A stretch of 64,000 bases of DNA, taken from contig CAVNZM010000009.1 of NCBI GenBank assembly GCA_963693365.1, positions 5,710,245 to 5,774,244 of the forward strand. The letters run 5' to 3'. The position numbers and the translations under genes were made by a program. The notes under the pieces were generated by a model. It was not told the DNA's origin. It saw nothing but the letters and a program-made list of their open reading frames with translations, and made no database searches. Position 1 is the stretch's first letter. Every line of letters starts with the position of its first letter. Shown piece by piece: positions 1 through 15,295 of this stretch. Source of the stretch: Amoebidium appalachense (taxonomy: Eukaryota > Protista > Ichthyosporea).

Positions 1-10
1 ACAGGTAGAT

Positions 11-65
11 GCAGGCACAGGCACAGGCAGGCACGGGCACGGCACAGGCACAGGCACAGGCACAG
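11..65. repeat. (GGCACA)n-type hexamer tandem repeat, degenerate
   Basis: gcaggcacaggcacaggcaggcacgggcacggcacaggcacaggcacagg is read directly from the sequence. Confidence 0.8.
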
Positions 66-136
66 CTACGTGCACCTACTAACTCAACGGCCTACTTGTG
101 TCTGCCATTATGGCATAAAACAGCACTATCGATACT

Positions 137-886
137 ATGAAAGAGAGAATCAACGCGCTTAAAACTGCAGTGCGAGCTCTGCAGGATCGGCTTGAAGTCA
201 ACGATGAAGGCAGCACCAGCTCCCAACTGACAGAGGATATGGGTAAGGTTGCAACACGTGGGTGTCCCCTTTGTTAACGTTTCATTTTTATTTCTTTTTT
301 CTTTTTCTTTCCTTTTACAATTACTTAGAGTCAAGCCCTGTCCTATTTCTTGCCAAGCTTAATTGTGTTTTGCTTCAAGGTTTTGTTGCTGCAAACGTTT
401 TGGACTTTCCATTCTCAGATCTTTTCCTGCTTGGCTGTAATCATTGTCCTTTTCTTTTGTATTAGCACACTACCGAACAGCAGAGAAGAAACCCCCTGCT
501 TGCTTTAGTAACTTCTGGGGATGGGCACAGTGGCTGTTGGCAACTTTCTCGACGAGCATTCAGCAGAGCAACAGGCAGCAGGGTATGCAGGCAACATGGT
601 GTCACCGCAGGGCTTCGCTGAGCATTCTGACGAGCTCCAGCAGGAAGCCATGGCCCTTGTGCGGCTGTCGCTTGACACCCGCTTCCCTTCCGTGCCTCTT
701 GCCGCCCGCCGCCAAGTTGCCGTAAAGGCCTGATCAAGTCTTCGAGCAGAAACGTAACTATGTTGACAAGAAACGGAAGGTATGCACTCCCCCTACCTGC
801 TGTGTGGCTTGCCTCGGTGGATTTTCCGTGCTATCTAGTATAAGCCTACGGTTTGTTTCTGATGCCCAATTTTTTTCTTTGCAGCG

Positions 887-930
<44 letters not shown>

Positions 931-1541
931 CACACCCATTCCACCCCGAACGGAAAGAACGGGGGGGGGGGGAGGGGGGGAGGGGGGGGGGGGGGGGGAT
1001 GAGCTCAGAGCTAGCATTTTTCTTTTGTTGCTGATGGCTAATCCTGGCTTTTGCTCTGCTCAATGGTTTTTTGTAGTATGTTGTCCTTCTGATGCGGGTC
1101 TTTCTCTGTAGAGCCTCGACAGCGGGTCTGACAGCTCTGGCTCTGAAGGAGAGGCAGCAGGCGCAGGCAAGTGAAGTTATACTTCTGACTTGTTCTCGCT
1201 TTTTGGTAACTCTATGCAGATTCAAGGTGAGGGCCGGTTGGTGGTTTTTGATCGGTAATCCTGGTTGACAATAAGTGTGATTGCACATCACAATGTTGTG
1301 TGTTGCGTGTGCGCGACGCGGTTTTTTGCGTTTGTGTGTGCCGCAACGGTTTAATCCATTGGAAGTATATAATTATAACAACATGTGTGCCGCTGCTCAT
1401 AAGGCTTTTATACTTATGTTTAACACAATCATTGTTGCAGAGCACGGCAACAAAGGGACAGCACCCAACAGCAACAAGCAGAAGAAGAGCAGCAAGAAAC
1501 CCAGTCCTGATCCGCCCGTGCCGGGAGCCACGGCCATCTGA
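137..1541 (+). pseudogene. Possible degraded spliced gene of unknown function
   Basis: Exon-like blocks with splice-like borders: MKERINALKTAVRALQDRLEV... ending at G|GTAAGG (~242); the 521-733 ORF followed by AAG|GTATGC (~780); TAG|SLDSGSDSSGSEGEAAGA (~1112-1166); and CAG|..HGNKGTAPNSNKQKKSSKK..ATAI* (1441-1541). Stops interrupt the second block and no domain was recognised. Confidence 0.25.
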
Positions 1542-1760
1542 GTCGTGTTTGCCAGACTCCATCATTGTTGTTATTGAGATCTATTTAATCTTTGTGGTAG
1601 ACCTTTAGTTATGTTCTGGGCTATCTGATGGCTGCTTACCTCGCTTACCATGTGTGTTTTGAACTTCGTGTTTAATACGTTTATAGCTGGTGTGATTTAG
1701 AAGGCCAATTGACGCATACTGATAAACTTTTAGAGGTTGATTTAGTCACGTATGTGCTCA

Positions 1761-2138
1761 CTAGCCTCCATGTGTGAATGTCTTGAAATTAGTTATATCG
1801 TCCACGGTGGTATGGCCTGCCAGTACCGGCTGCTGCCGTGACCTCCTGAAATAAGATACACAGGATTCACTACTGAAAATGGTCGTGGCCACCAACGCCA
1901 GTGCCTGCAGAGGGGTGGGGTGGTGATTGGGGGAAGGGTAGGGGGGCCAGGGGCGAGAGGAGAGGGGGGGGGGGGGGGGGGGGGACCCGGGTTGAAATTG
2001 CTAGGAGCGCATGTAGGAAGAACACCTGGTTGAAGCTGCGCTGCACAGTCTCGTGGTTTGTGAATACTTGTTGCTGTTGCCATCGCATACAAAATGCAAA
2101 GGCCCACTGATCGACATCACCAATTACCAACCAATACA
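1761..2138 (-). CDS. Last two exons of an unidentified gene (or gene remnant)
   Basis: Exon 2138-2026 (YWLVIGDVDQWAFAFCMRWQQQQVFTNHETVQRSFNQ) ends CAG|GT and joins in phase 0 to CAG|exon 1904-1761 (ALALVATTIFSSESCVSYFRR...FTHGG*). The intron between them has a poly-C tract like the chitin synthase introns. Upstream exons were not found with confidence. Confidence 0.4.
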
Positions 2139-2286
2139 CTGCACGGTGCAAATTGCCACCGACCCCCCCCCCCCCCCCCCCCGAAAAACCCCCTCCCCCC
2201 TTTTTTTTGTTGGGGGGGGGGGGGGAGAAGGGGGGAAGGGGGAGGGGGGGGGGGGGGGGGGGTGCGTGTGTGTGTGTGTGTGTGAG

Positions 2287-2346
<60 letters not shown>

Positions 2347-2914
2347 TTTTGGGGGGAAGAGGGGTTTGCGGCATGCAAAGTGCACGTGTATGCTGGTGCC
2401 CAATCGCATGCCCTAGTGTGTGCCTGTACCTGTATGTATGTGTGTGACTATGTGTGTGTGTGTTTGTGTGTGTAACGTTGTGTGTGTGTGCGCGCGCGGG
2501 TGGGCGTGTGCGTGCGTATATGTGCGAATGTGAATGTGAATGTGTAGTGTCTCATAAATTACGAAGCGCTAACACCAACATTCCTGTGGTCCTTTCCAGC
2601 ACGGTGTGACTTCAGTGGCTTGTGATTTTGCGACTTTTATTCGGTGACTTTCCAGATTCGGCATCACATGCTACTGTAGCATAAGGTCATCGATGGACAC
2701 AATCAAGTGTATACATACGTAGCATATGGTGGTGCTCCGTGACTAACAGTGGACAAGGATGATAAGTACTACTGCTGTACGTATGTGGGTGCTTGGTGAG
2801 GGACATGAATTATTGATGTTATGTTTGTATGGTGTCCGTGTCCTGTGGCTATGTTTTTTGCATCTGGCACCTTTATTCCCATAATACGTTAGGGGGAGGG
2901 GGAGGGGAAAGGGG

Positions 2915-2958
<44 letters not shown>

Positions 2959-4279
2959 TCAGGAGAGGGGGGAGGAGGGGGGAATGGGGGGCAGCCAATA
3001 TTTGTTAGTCACCAAGCTGAACATGCACAGTGTAAGAGTTTCATAGAGTGTTAAAATACACGGTATGTGCCTGTTATTGGCTAAGTGACCTTCAAATCCT
3101 TTCACTTGCCACAAGAGTATGTGGTGCATACATATAGTCCGTCAAAAAACAAATTAGGTCAAAGCCAAAGCATTTTCAACGTCCCCCCTGGGCCGTGGTA
3201 CCGAAGGACGGTTGTGGGGGGGGGGGGGGGGGGGGGGGGGGGACTTGTTCGGGTGGTGCGTGGGTTCCCCCCTCCCCTCCTCAAGCTAACCGCAGGGGTG
3301 GAATCGATATCGGTCCTCCCCCCCCTCTCTCTCCCCCCTCCCCCTCCCCCACCCGCCCGCCTGCCTGCCCGCCCCCTCCTTGGGCCGGTTAGCAACCCAA
3401 TTCTCTGGTGGGGTGGTGCCCCCGAGACCCCTCCCTCCCCCCCAACCCCTTGCCCGCCGCCGGGCCACACGCCTCTCCCTTGACCACACACCAACCTTTG
3501 CCTCGAGTAAACAGCGTAAACCCCAATTTATTTGCGACCTATGTTTGCGCATGTCACGGCGTGCGTGTTCGTGCCGTGGTGGTGGTAATAATGGTTGTGG
3601 TTGGTCCCGGTTTATGCCAGTGGGCCAGGGCCAGCCTCGTGGGGGGATTGTTGATTTTCAAACGGGGAGGGGGTGGCAGCAAATTTGCTGGCTGGGGGAC
3701 CCACCCTCCCCTTTGGACAGGTGGGTTCCCCCTCCCGGACGGGGGAGGGGGGGAGGGGGGGAAGGGGGGGGGGGGGGGGGGACCTCCGGCTAGCAGGGGA
3801 AGGCTGGGGGGGAGGGGGGGGGGGGGGGGGGGGGGGGGGGAGAGGGGGGGGGGCCACCACCCACCTAAGTAGGGTGGGTCCCCCCAGGGGGGGGGGGGGG
3901 GGGGGGGGGGGGGGGAGAGGGGGGGGGAGGGGGGGGGAGGGGGGGGGGGGGGGGGGAGGGGGGGCACTCACCCCATTAATCTATGATATAGGCTGCCATT
4001 ATGTGGCTATATCATGATATCAAATAAACTTGATCACATAATAGTACTATAAGCAGCAGCGGTTTACATAAAATGCCAAAACGTAAACATTGAGGCTAAC
4101 TAATATTATACCGGGATTCCTTGATCACCTGAAACTCAGGCTATGTGCCGTACGGCCCTACTCCCCCCTTCCCCCCCATCCTCCCCTCCCCTCCCCCCTC
4201 CCCCCCCTCCCCCCCACCCCCCCACCCGGCACGAACGGGTGGGAAGTGTGTGTGTGCGTGTGTGTGTGTATTTGTGTGT

Positions 4280-4340
<61 letters not shown>

Positions 4341-4865
4341 CGCGTGCGTGTACGGGCAAGCGCGCGCGGTGTGTGTGTGTGTGTGTGTGTGTGTGTAGTG
4401 CGTGTGTGCGTGTGTGTGTGTTCTGGGGGGGGGGGGGGGAGGGGGGGGGGGGGGGATTAGAGGGATATGTGTCCGTGGCCAAAACGGAGCCAAATGCTCC
4501 AAAAGAAATAAAAAAAGAAGTTAACGAATACACATTTTTAAAAGAGAATCTTTAATAGTACCCGGGTCACCCGCATGCGGGGGGGACGGGGGGGGGGGGG
4601 GGGGTCCCACCACCCCACTCGACCAGGTGGGTCCATCCCGGGGAGGGGAGGGGGGGAAGCACCCTGCAGCTACCTTGGGGGGGGGGGAGACCCGCCCAAC
4701 CCCCGGGCTAGGAGCTAGGGGGTGCGCCCCTCTCCCCCCCCCCCTTCTCCCACCTGGGAAGACGTCGGTTACTACTGCATTCCCCCTCCCCATTTCAAAT
4801 TCGGGGGAGGGAGGGGGAGGGGGGGGGGGGGGGGAGGGGGGGGGGCGAGTTTTTTTTTTTTTTTT

Positions 4866-4913
<48 letters not shown>

Positions 4914-5636
4914 GGAGGACTAGTTCTCGTGGGTTCCTTGATAGTAAAACTTCATTGATCTACGGTGGTGGGGCCCTACACACCACAAAAAAAAACCGAA
5001 ACGATCTCAAAAAATCACAACCTTAAGTTATTTGTTCTCCCAGCCAGAGCTCGTATATCACGATTTACATTGATGTTTTCTTTGGTAAAGGAAAAAATGG
5101 CTACTAGCAAACGATAAATCGATAAGGTACTTTGAAGAAACATACCAACCCGGTGACGGTCAACCCCAAAAAGTGTGGCTTGCTCTCAACCTGTATTCCT
5201 CCAGACATACACACCCCGTTCAACCCGGGCCCGTACACTGTACATGCCACAGTCAATGACCTACCGAATTTTACTCTGATTTATTTCATACTGAACTCTG
5301 GCGAGTTTCTACTGTTCCAAAAGTGTATGGTAGTGCCTGGACCAAACTTTGTATTCATTGACTCAGAATACTGTTGTGTCTTGGCACCACGGCTTTACTA
5401 AAACAAATACTTTGGTGCTCTATAGGTGGCAGCATTGGCATTCCATAATGACTTGTGCATGAGCCCCACCTAGCTTCTTTTCGTTCTTGTGCACCAGTGC
5501 TCTCCTAATGAAATTTTTTAAAGAAAATTTCTCTTTACCTCCACCCCCCCCCCCAAACACACACACATACACACACACACATACCCACCCACCCCCAACA
5601 TCGTGACACACGTGCACGCACACGCACAAAGGACGG

Positions 5637-5736
<100 letters not shown>

Positions 5737-7286
5737 CGACGGTCCGTGACACACGTGCACGCGTAGTATATATCTGTATGTGTGGGAGGGGGGGGGGGGG
5801 GGGAGGGGGGGGGGGGGGGGGGGGGGGGGGATACTATGAAGTTTTATGATTACTAATAATAAATCTCACGAGAGCCACGTGCACAGGATATCATTGACTA
5901 TGTAGTAGTTTTGTTGAATTCGGACACTGCATACCAACGGTTAAATTTAACTCTGAGCACGTTCCCATTTTATCCTAGCCTCCTGATCATGAGTCATATC
6001 ATGACTCGTGACAGGCCCGGTCATTCTGAACTCATTCAACCTTCTGCTACTACTGTAACAGTAGAGTCTCTTCCCAAATCCCCCCCCCCCCAAAAAAAAC
6101 CCCCTTGTCTTCCCCTTTCTTCCCCCCCCTCCCCCTTCTACTCAGTGACGTCACACAACAGCGGCTCTAATTTTTATCATTACCAATATTATCAGGGCCA
6201 CGGTGTTTGAACTTTCTGGTACTGTAACTGATGTACGTGAGCAAACTCATTTTCATGAGATAACGCTCTAATGTGATGTACACGAAAAACAACGACCGTC
6301 GATTTTCAGAAATAAATTGAAAGTTACTGTATAACTGACAAAGCGATACAAGGAGTATGTGCGTGCCACTGGTGACAAGTCTTTCTATTATCAGACAACA
6401 AACTTGTGTCAGTGTGTGTGTGTTTGGGGGGGAGGGGGGGGGGGGGGGGGGGGGAGGGGGGGGGGAGGGGGGGGGGGGGGGGGGTAGGTGGAACGTTGTA
6501 CATAGGTGTAATATCGACGTATAAGGCTAACATACAATAGTAATGATCGAGGGTCACGTCACGGTGGTCTTGTTAGGTTTGCCAGAAAGTTTGCATGTGT
6601 GACACAGTGTGTGCGCTCTCCTTCTTCCGGGCTTTCTCTTTTTTTCGAATCTTCTTCCCGCGCGCGGCTTCCAAGGCTAAACTATACTGTAAAGTTTCCG
6701 TTTCTTTACAGTATCTCTCCCGCGTGATCTTTGTGTGCACGGAATCTGTGCCCAGGCATGGGCGATGACTCTGAGCCACCTTTTTTAGTATGGTGGTATT
6801 GCAATTGAGATGCCGGAGACTTTTATAATACTTCACTAAAGCCCTAAAACTCAGCTACAACTATCTATATATCCACTCTTCGATACAAGAACGCGACGCC
6901 ATCGCACTGAAACAACATAAGCTAAAGAAACATGCCCTCGCAAGCAGCAAACTACAAACTAGATTCCAAACTACCTGACTACCGTACGGCGTACACACTT
7001 TGGTAAATTAGCACGTAAGGCACATGTACCGTCCACGTGCACTGATCATGTACAGTGTATTGCATAGCTATATATATAGCGGGAGACTACTCGCGGCAGG
7101 CCGCAGGAGTTTAACTAATGGAATCTTACGGATCCACATCTGGCATGTGATTGGCTCTTAAGGCTTGCGGAATCCAATATTGCATACCACATTTGTTTCC
7201 ATTTTATCCGGCATTATGTCTCATTATGTCATGATCACAGGCCGCCATCATTTCCATATATGACACAATATCTCGTTCCGAGCCAC

Positions 7287-7376
<90 letters not shown>

Positions 7377-7381
7377 TCTCT

Positions 7382-7475
<94 letters not shown>

Positions 7476-7478
7476 TGA

Positions 7479-7536
<58 letters not shown>

Positions 7537-7541
7537 CCTCC

Positions 7542-7642
<101 letters not shown>

Positions 7643-8487
7643 CCCCTCCCCCCCCCCCCCCCCCCCCCCTCCCCCCGCCCCAGCGAGTCTCCCCCTTCTT
7701 CCCCCCCCCCCCCCCCCAAAAAAAAAAAAAAAAAAAAAAAAAAAAACACACACACACCATCACGCAGTCACACACCGTGGCACCGTGCTTCATTTTTAGC
7801 GGCGTGTCTGGCAGCGCCGTAAAATCGTCTCTTTGTATTTACTTCGTAATATCATATTTTTTGTCTTTGAATCATATTGCACGGGGCCCGATATCACAGA
7901 TACACCGGCCGGCGTTCATGAAGCCTTTGCCACATCACTTTTCCTTGTGACTGGTGGCTGGTAAAGTTTGCCTCCGACTTTGAATGTTGCACATGTATGT
8001 ATTCAGTTCATCACTACCCTGCGCAAGCCTGAGGAATAGACTCGGTATTGTATATGCTGCTACAATGCTCTAGAATAAACTGATGGCTAAACCGCACCAT
8101 GCGCACGAGCTCTGTTTTCCTTGTGAAGCTTATACTCTGGGTATGTGCCCCGGTATGTAATATTTTTATCTATGTAATATTTTTATTCAATGTATGCCAA
8201 CTCATGGCAGAGCTCTTGATTCCTTGGAGGCTTCTCCCTCGATAGATAGCCCAAAGCGAGGTCAAAGCGACGACACCGAGGATTTTTTATCATCCTGGGC
8301 GCCGCCTGTGACAAAGAGACACGGCAGGTTATGAAATCTCGATAGTGTCCTTGTTTAGTTGTTAGGCTCGAGAAGACCCGCTTTGTATGTAACCCTTCGT
8401 TCCCCACTTTCGTTCACACCAGATGCGTGAGCCCAGCCACTCGAGCGCATTTGTTCAACAAGTTATAAATTTTCTGCAGACAGCACA

Positions 8488-9132
8488 ATGATGCGCCCGA
8501 AGAGCATCCTCTCGGCCATGGTGGCCCTTGGCGCCCTAGCCGCCAGCGTCATGGGCAGCTGTGACGACAGAATGGTGAAGTGCTACGCATGCGACCCGAA
8601 CATGTACGCGGATGAAGGAGGCTGCAAGGCCTGGCTCGACTACTTTGCAAAGAAAACAGAGAACACCGATTGTGTTGCCACAATCGACCTCGCCTCAAGT
8701 GCTGCGCTCAAGAGTCTCCCGATGGGGTTGAGATACCTTGGGTTTGCGTGGGCTGGCCATTGCTACGAGTTCCTTAGCGGTTGTAATTTCTGCTCCGGTG
8801 CACAGGGTGGAACGGGCGCATGCCGTGACAGATACGGCTCAGCTTTGGCCTCCGGGGAACAGGTGTTCGGCTCCTGTACTGCATTGGGCTACTATCAGGA
8901 CGAAAATGTCCTTGGGGGCGATTATGATTGGGAAATCGACGAGGATGCCAGTGCGGAGGAGCGGAAGAAGGTGGAGAAGGACGCGTTCCTCTACTATCAG
9001 ATTCTGTCGCCCGACCCTTACGCGTTTGTGAACAAGCCGGCCCAAGCCAAGTCGTACGCCCCTCCTGGCCGCAAAGCAGGCCGTGTGCAGACCCCTCGCA
9101 GATATGGCAAGAGGTTCGGGGGTCAGTACTAG
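8488..9132 (+). CDS. Intronless secreted cysteine-rich protein, 214 aa, unknown family (copy 1)
   Basis: Clean high-complexity ORF. The N-terminus looks like a signal peptide (MMRPKSILSAMVALGALAASVMG). It has 10 Cys, an acidic patch and a basic tail. TTATAAAT lies ~25 nt upstream, and the ORF length is conserved in the paralog. Confidence 0.85.
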   Translation: MMRPKSILSAMVALGALAASVMGSCDDRMVKCYACDPNMYADEGGCKAWLDYFAKKTENTDCVATIDLASSAALKSLPMGLRYLGFAWAGHCYEFLSGCNFCSGAQGGTGACRDRYGSALASGEQVFGSCTALGYYQDENVLGGDYDWEIDEDASAEERKKVEKDAFLYYQILSPDPYAFVNKPAQAKSYAPPGRKAGRVQTPRRYGKRFGGQY

Positions 9133-10439
9133 ATATGATGCCATGGCGGTCGCCATGATGTCACGTGATTCCGTGGTGTTAAGGAGACTTGTAGGTTGTA
9201 GGTGAGTCGCCATATTATGATCATGGGGCCGTAGCCACAAGTTCGGAGTATGAAAGGCGTAACATAGGTGTTTGTCTTGGTGCATTAGGACTGTAGACAG
9301 TAGTGTGGTATACCAGTGAATGACTCAACCGAGCTCGAGTGCACATATCCTCCAGGAGTGGGATATTAAAGTTGAATCCAGTGAGGATTCAATACCTTCC
9401 TGAGTCGTGTGTGCCTTACATCGGGCTTACATCGGGCCGATAGTCTTGAACATGTTGTGCCGCTCCAGCAGTTTATGATATTGCAATTGCATGCCCGCGC
9501 CGGGCTTGAAGGGCTTAGATGCAATTTGTGCCAGAGAAACTACGTCCTGCAAGCATACCCCCCCCCCCCCCCCCCCCCCACCCACAACCTACTCCACTTC
9601 TCCCCCACTTCCCCGCACCCTCCCAAGTTCAGTTCATCGGATGCTGCCACGGTCTAAAATGGGTCCAAGTAGACTCAGGGTCGAGACTCGAAATACGGAG
9701 CACTGGATGACTTGCAAGCCCCAGTGGGTCATGACAAACATGAAGGGGAGTCTGCTTGTGTTGCTTTAATACTGCGCGTCCCCGTATGATGTTATATACT
9801 TGGATCATGGTTTGCCCTGAGCCTCTGAGAAATACTCTAACTTACTGAGGAATCACGTTAGATCTCAGTGCACATTGTTACTTAATTGAGGCATCACTTC
9901 GTACCGTGGTAAAAAGTCACTTCTACAATCACGGTGACCCTAGGGCCCCAGCGAGTCTTTTAAAGGACTGTCCTATCAGACAGAGTTTAAGAGTTTGAGA
10001 AGGGAAGAGCCGTGTGGCTTAAGTGGGAGGCCTGTACTAAGGCACTATGATTTAGTAAAAATAGTCAGTGCTTGACAAATTAGCGTAATTCTGGCGCATG
10101 GCATATAATATTATAAACCTCATTCTAAATGCGGTTGGTCTTTTGTTTTTTTCGAATACGGTAGCCTTGTTTTTTCTTTTCTTTACCCTCTTCTTGAAGC
10201 TCTTAAGTCTCCTTAAACCTCCAAAGTTAATCAATTTTTTTTTCCATGAAGTTTGTTTCTGGTGTCTATTGGGCGTTTCGGTAAACCGGCGGACAGAGTC
10301 ACAGCTCTTCAAAGTACTACTGTATATGTGTGGTAAAGGCTTGGTCTTCAAGCTTCGATGGTACAGTGTTTTTTTTTTTTTGGTTTTTCTTTCCAAGTTC
10401 CTTTCTTCTTGGGAAGATCACGGTGGATTAGTCGGGGGT

Positions 10440-10472
<33 letters not shown>

Positions 10473-10607
10473 CAGTGCTTTCAGATCTGCTGCTCAGTGC
10501 AGTGTGTTCATTCCCAAAATTTCCTTGAATCCTTTTGCTCATCCCTATGTGTACCGTAGACAACAGAACCCCCCCCCCTCCCCCCCCTCCCCCCTTTTTT
10601 TCTTTCT

Positions 10608-10638
<31 letters not shown>

Positions 10639-10646
10639 GGGGGAGG

Positions 10647-10687
<41 letters not shown>

Positions 10688-10951
10688 GGGGTGGAGAACC
10701 GGGCCCGTGTGTGTGCGAGCGCATGCACGCGCGTGTGTGTGGGTTGGTGTTGGTGTGGAAGTGGTGGAGGGGGGTGCACGGGGGGAGGAACCCGATCATC
10801 CCCAGGCTACTTAGGTTCGAGCTAAACCCAGCACCATTGCACTGCTGGCATGCACGGCCATTGAGAGAAACAGCACAGATAGGCGTGGCACGGCCAGAGT
10901 GAACACAGAGACACACCTGTGAGTCTCGCCGGTAGTCAGCGGAGGAATTCT

Positions 10952-10986
<35 letters not shown>

Positions 10987-11352
10987 CACACACACACACA
11001 CAACCACTCACCGCCTCCCCCCCCCCCCCCCCCCCCCCCCCAAACACACACTTACATGCACCCCCATCCCCACCACCACCACCACACACACATGCACTTT
11101 ACCCCCCCTCCCCCCCCCACCCCCACCCCACCCCCCCCTTTCCCCTCCCCCCCTTCCCCCCCCCCCCCCCCCCCCGCCCTCCCCCCCCCCCCATGTGGAA
11201 TGGTGGGTGCTCCCCCACCGTGACGGATGCCAGCTATGCTGCCCCGTGATTGGTGGATATATTTAGAACTCCGCACAATTGGCCCACATCACTGCTACAG
11301 TAATTGGTCACTCAGCATTGGGTGTGAAACCCTGCACCCACCATTCCATATT

Positions 11353-12248
<896 letters not shown>

Positions 12249-12352
12249 ATGCGTGTATGAAATTGTGTGTGTAGGGGAGGACGGGTGTGTGTGTGTGGGG
12301 GGGGGGGGAGGGGGAAGAAGAGGGTGGGGGGGCCGGGGAAGGTGGGGGGTGG

Positions 12353-12383
<31 letters not shown>

Positions 12384-12501
12384 GGGGGGGGGGGGTATGT
12401 GTGTGGCTTGTTGCACGAATTTAGGATTAATGGTATTTCAATGAGCACTGCAAAGAAATTTTTGGTGTCGGGAAAGGGGTAGAGGGGGTCTGAGATATCG
12501 T

Positions 12502-12635
12502 GTTTGCTTGGACGGCCACATGCGCCCAATCAGTTTGCTTGGACGGCCACATGCGACCAATCAGTTTGCTTGGACGGCCACATGCGACCAACCAGTTTGC
12601 TTGGACGGCCACATGTGACCAATCAGTTTGCTTGG
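12502..12635. repeat. 31-bp minisatellite, ~4.3 units
   Basis: Unit gtttgcttggacggccacatgcgaccaatca, head to tail with no spacers. Confidence 0.92.
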
Positions 12636-12698
12636 TTTCCATCAGCCATGGGCTCCTCAGCGTGCTTCAACTTGCGCACACAGGCCCGTCCAGATACC

Positions 12699-12735
<37 letters not shown>

Positions 12736-13444
12736 CAACACACACACACATACGCACACACCCACACACCCACCCACGCACCCACCCACACACACACACA
12801 GATCAGCACACTGCCGCCGCCACCACGACCACCACCACCCAAACACACACATAACACTGTATGTGCTTGACTTGTGGCATAGCATGGACACCGTGCCAGC
12901 CACACACTCACTCAAACCTCGGGTCTCCCCTCCCCCCCCCCCTCCCGCCCCCTTCCCCCCTCCCTTCTCGTCTCTCTCTCTCCTTTCTATGTCATGGTAC
13001 CCAGGCCCCGGGGGGAGGGGGGGGGGGGGGGGGGGGGGGCACCTGTTCACCCCTTCCCCTCCCCAAGCTAACTGCAGAGGTGGTACCGAAGGACGGTTGT
13101 GGGGGGGGGGGGGGCTTGTTCGGGTGGTGCGTGGGTTCCCCCCTCCCCCTCCTCAAGCTAACCGCAGGGGTGGAATCGATATCGGTCCTCCCCCCCCTCT
13201 CTCTCCCCCCCCTCCCCCCTCCCCCCACCCGCCCGCCTGCCTGCCCGCCCCCTCCTTGGGCCGGTTAGCAACCCAATTCTCTGGTGGGGTGGTGCCCCCG
13301 AGACCCCTCCCTCCCCCCCAACCCCTTGCCCGCCGCCGGGCCACACGCCTCTCCCTTGACCACACACCAACCTTTGCCTCGAGTAAACAGCGTAAACCCC
13401 AATTTATTTGCGACCTATGTTTGCGCATGTCACGGCGTGCGTGT

Positions 13445-13735
13445 AAGGGATTTTACCGAAAATTTTGACCTAAAGCTTTTTAAAAGTTTTTTCATGTTTT
13501 TTAGTGATCGCTTGAGCAGATCAAACTGTTTTGCTGGTATCTCAGTGTACGTGTGCAGGGGGTATACCAACACACTAACTGTGAAAACTTGGTGCATTTT
13601 GGTTAAACGGTTCCCAAGTTATTTACATTTTTAATTTTTTGAATGGTGCATAACGTTATGCTCAAACCTGCATAACGTTATACAATTTTACTTAGTAAAT
13701 GTAAATTTGCCTCAAAAAATTCGTTAAAGTGCCTT
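13445..13735. mobile_element. 291-bp AT-rich MITE-like insertion with 4-bp TSD GTGT
   Basis: Absent from copy 1 (gtgcgtgttcgtgcc at ~3561). GTGT flanks both sides, and the termini form an imperfect ~30-bp inverted repeat (AAGGGATTTTACCGAA... / ...TTCGTTAAAGTGCCTT). Confidence 0.8.
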
Positions 13736-14335
13736 GTGTTCGTGCCGTGGTGGTAATGATGGTTGTGGTTGGTCCCGGTTTATGCCAGTGGGCCAGGGCC
13801 AGCCTCGTGGGGGGATTATTGATTTTCAAACGGGGAGGGGGTGGCAGCAAATTTGCTGGCTGGGGGACCCACCCTCCCCTTTGGACAGGTGGGCTCCCCC
13901 TCCCGGACGGGGGAGGGGGGAGGGGGCGGGGAAGGGGGGGGGGGACCTCCGGCTAGCAGGGGAAGGCTGGGGGGGAGGGGGGGGGGGGGGAACCCACCAC
14001 CCACCTAAGTAACTCGGGGGGGGGGGGGGGGGGGGGGGGGAGGGGGGGCACTCACCCCATTATTCTATGAATCATGCTGCCATTATGTGGCTATATCATG
14101 ATATCAGATAACTTGATCACATAATAGTACTATGATCAGCAGCGGTTTACATACAATGCCAAAACGTAAACATTGAGGCTAACTAATATAATACCGGGAT
14201 TCCTTGATCACCTGAAACTCAGGCTATGTGCCGTACGGCCATACTCCCCCCTTCCCCCCCTCCCCGCCCCCACCCTCCCCCCCCCCCCCCCCCCCCCCCC
14301 CCCCGGGCACGAACGGGTGGGAAGTGTGTGTGTGT

Positions 14336-14412
<77 letters not shown>

Positions 14413-14437
14413 CGCGCGTGTACGGGCAAGCGCGCGC

Positions 14438-14488
<51 letters not shown>

Positions 14489-14511
14489 TGCGTGTGGGCG
14501 TGTGTGTGTGT

Positions 14512-14546
<35 letters not shown>

Positions 14547-15260
14547 TTAGAGGGATATGTGTCCGTGGCCAAAACGGAGGCAAATGCTCCAAAAGAAATA
14601 AAGAAAGAAGGTAACGAATACACATTTTTAGTGGCTGGAAAAGAGAATCTTTAATAGTACCCGGGTTGGGAGGGGGCGAGTTGTTTTTTTTTTGTTTTTT
14701 TTGTTTTGTTTTTTTTTTTTTGGGGGGGGGGGGGGGGGGTTGAAGGACTAGTTCTCGTGGGTTCCTTGATAGTAAAACTTCATTGATCTACGGTGGCTGG
14801 GGCCCTACAAAATGGCTACTAGCAAACGATAAATCGATAAGGTACTTTGAAGAAACATACCAACCCGGTGACGGTCAACCCCAAAAAGTGTGGCTTGCTC
14901 TCAAACCGTGTTCCTCCAGACATACACACCCCGTTCAACCCGGGCCCGTACACTGTACATGCCACAGTCAATGACCTACCGAATTTTACTCTGATTTATT
15001 TCATACTGAACTCTGGCGAGTTTCTACTGTTCCAAAAGTGTATGGTAGTGCCTGGACAAAACTCTGTATTCATTGTCTCAGAATACTGACTAAGGTGACC
15101 CCCTAAAGCAAAAAGACCCGTAAAAACGTTGTACTACTAGAGTCTCCATAAATGATGTATATCCTATCATTTGTATGTTGTAACGTCGTTTCTACATATT
15201 GTCTGCTAATTAAAAGCCTTCTCATGCACCTGGTCCACTGACGCATACAATTAGTAAGCG

Positions 15261-15295
<35 letters not shown>

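Noticed and set aside
6864-7118. Possible small Helitron (A|TC start, GC-rich hairpin, CTAA|T end)
   Set aside because: The signals are short, the hairpin is imperfect, the TC start is missing in copy 2, and no empty site is available.
12502-12635. CRISPR-like appearance of the 31-bp, 47-bp and 13-bp repeats
   Set aside because: Units are head to tail with no unique spacers, there are no cas genes, and the context is eukaryotic.
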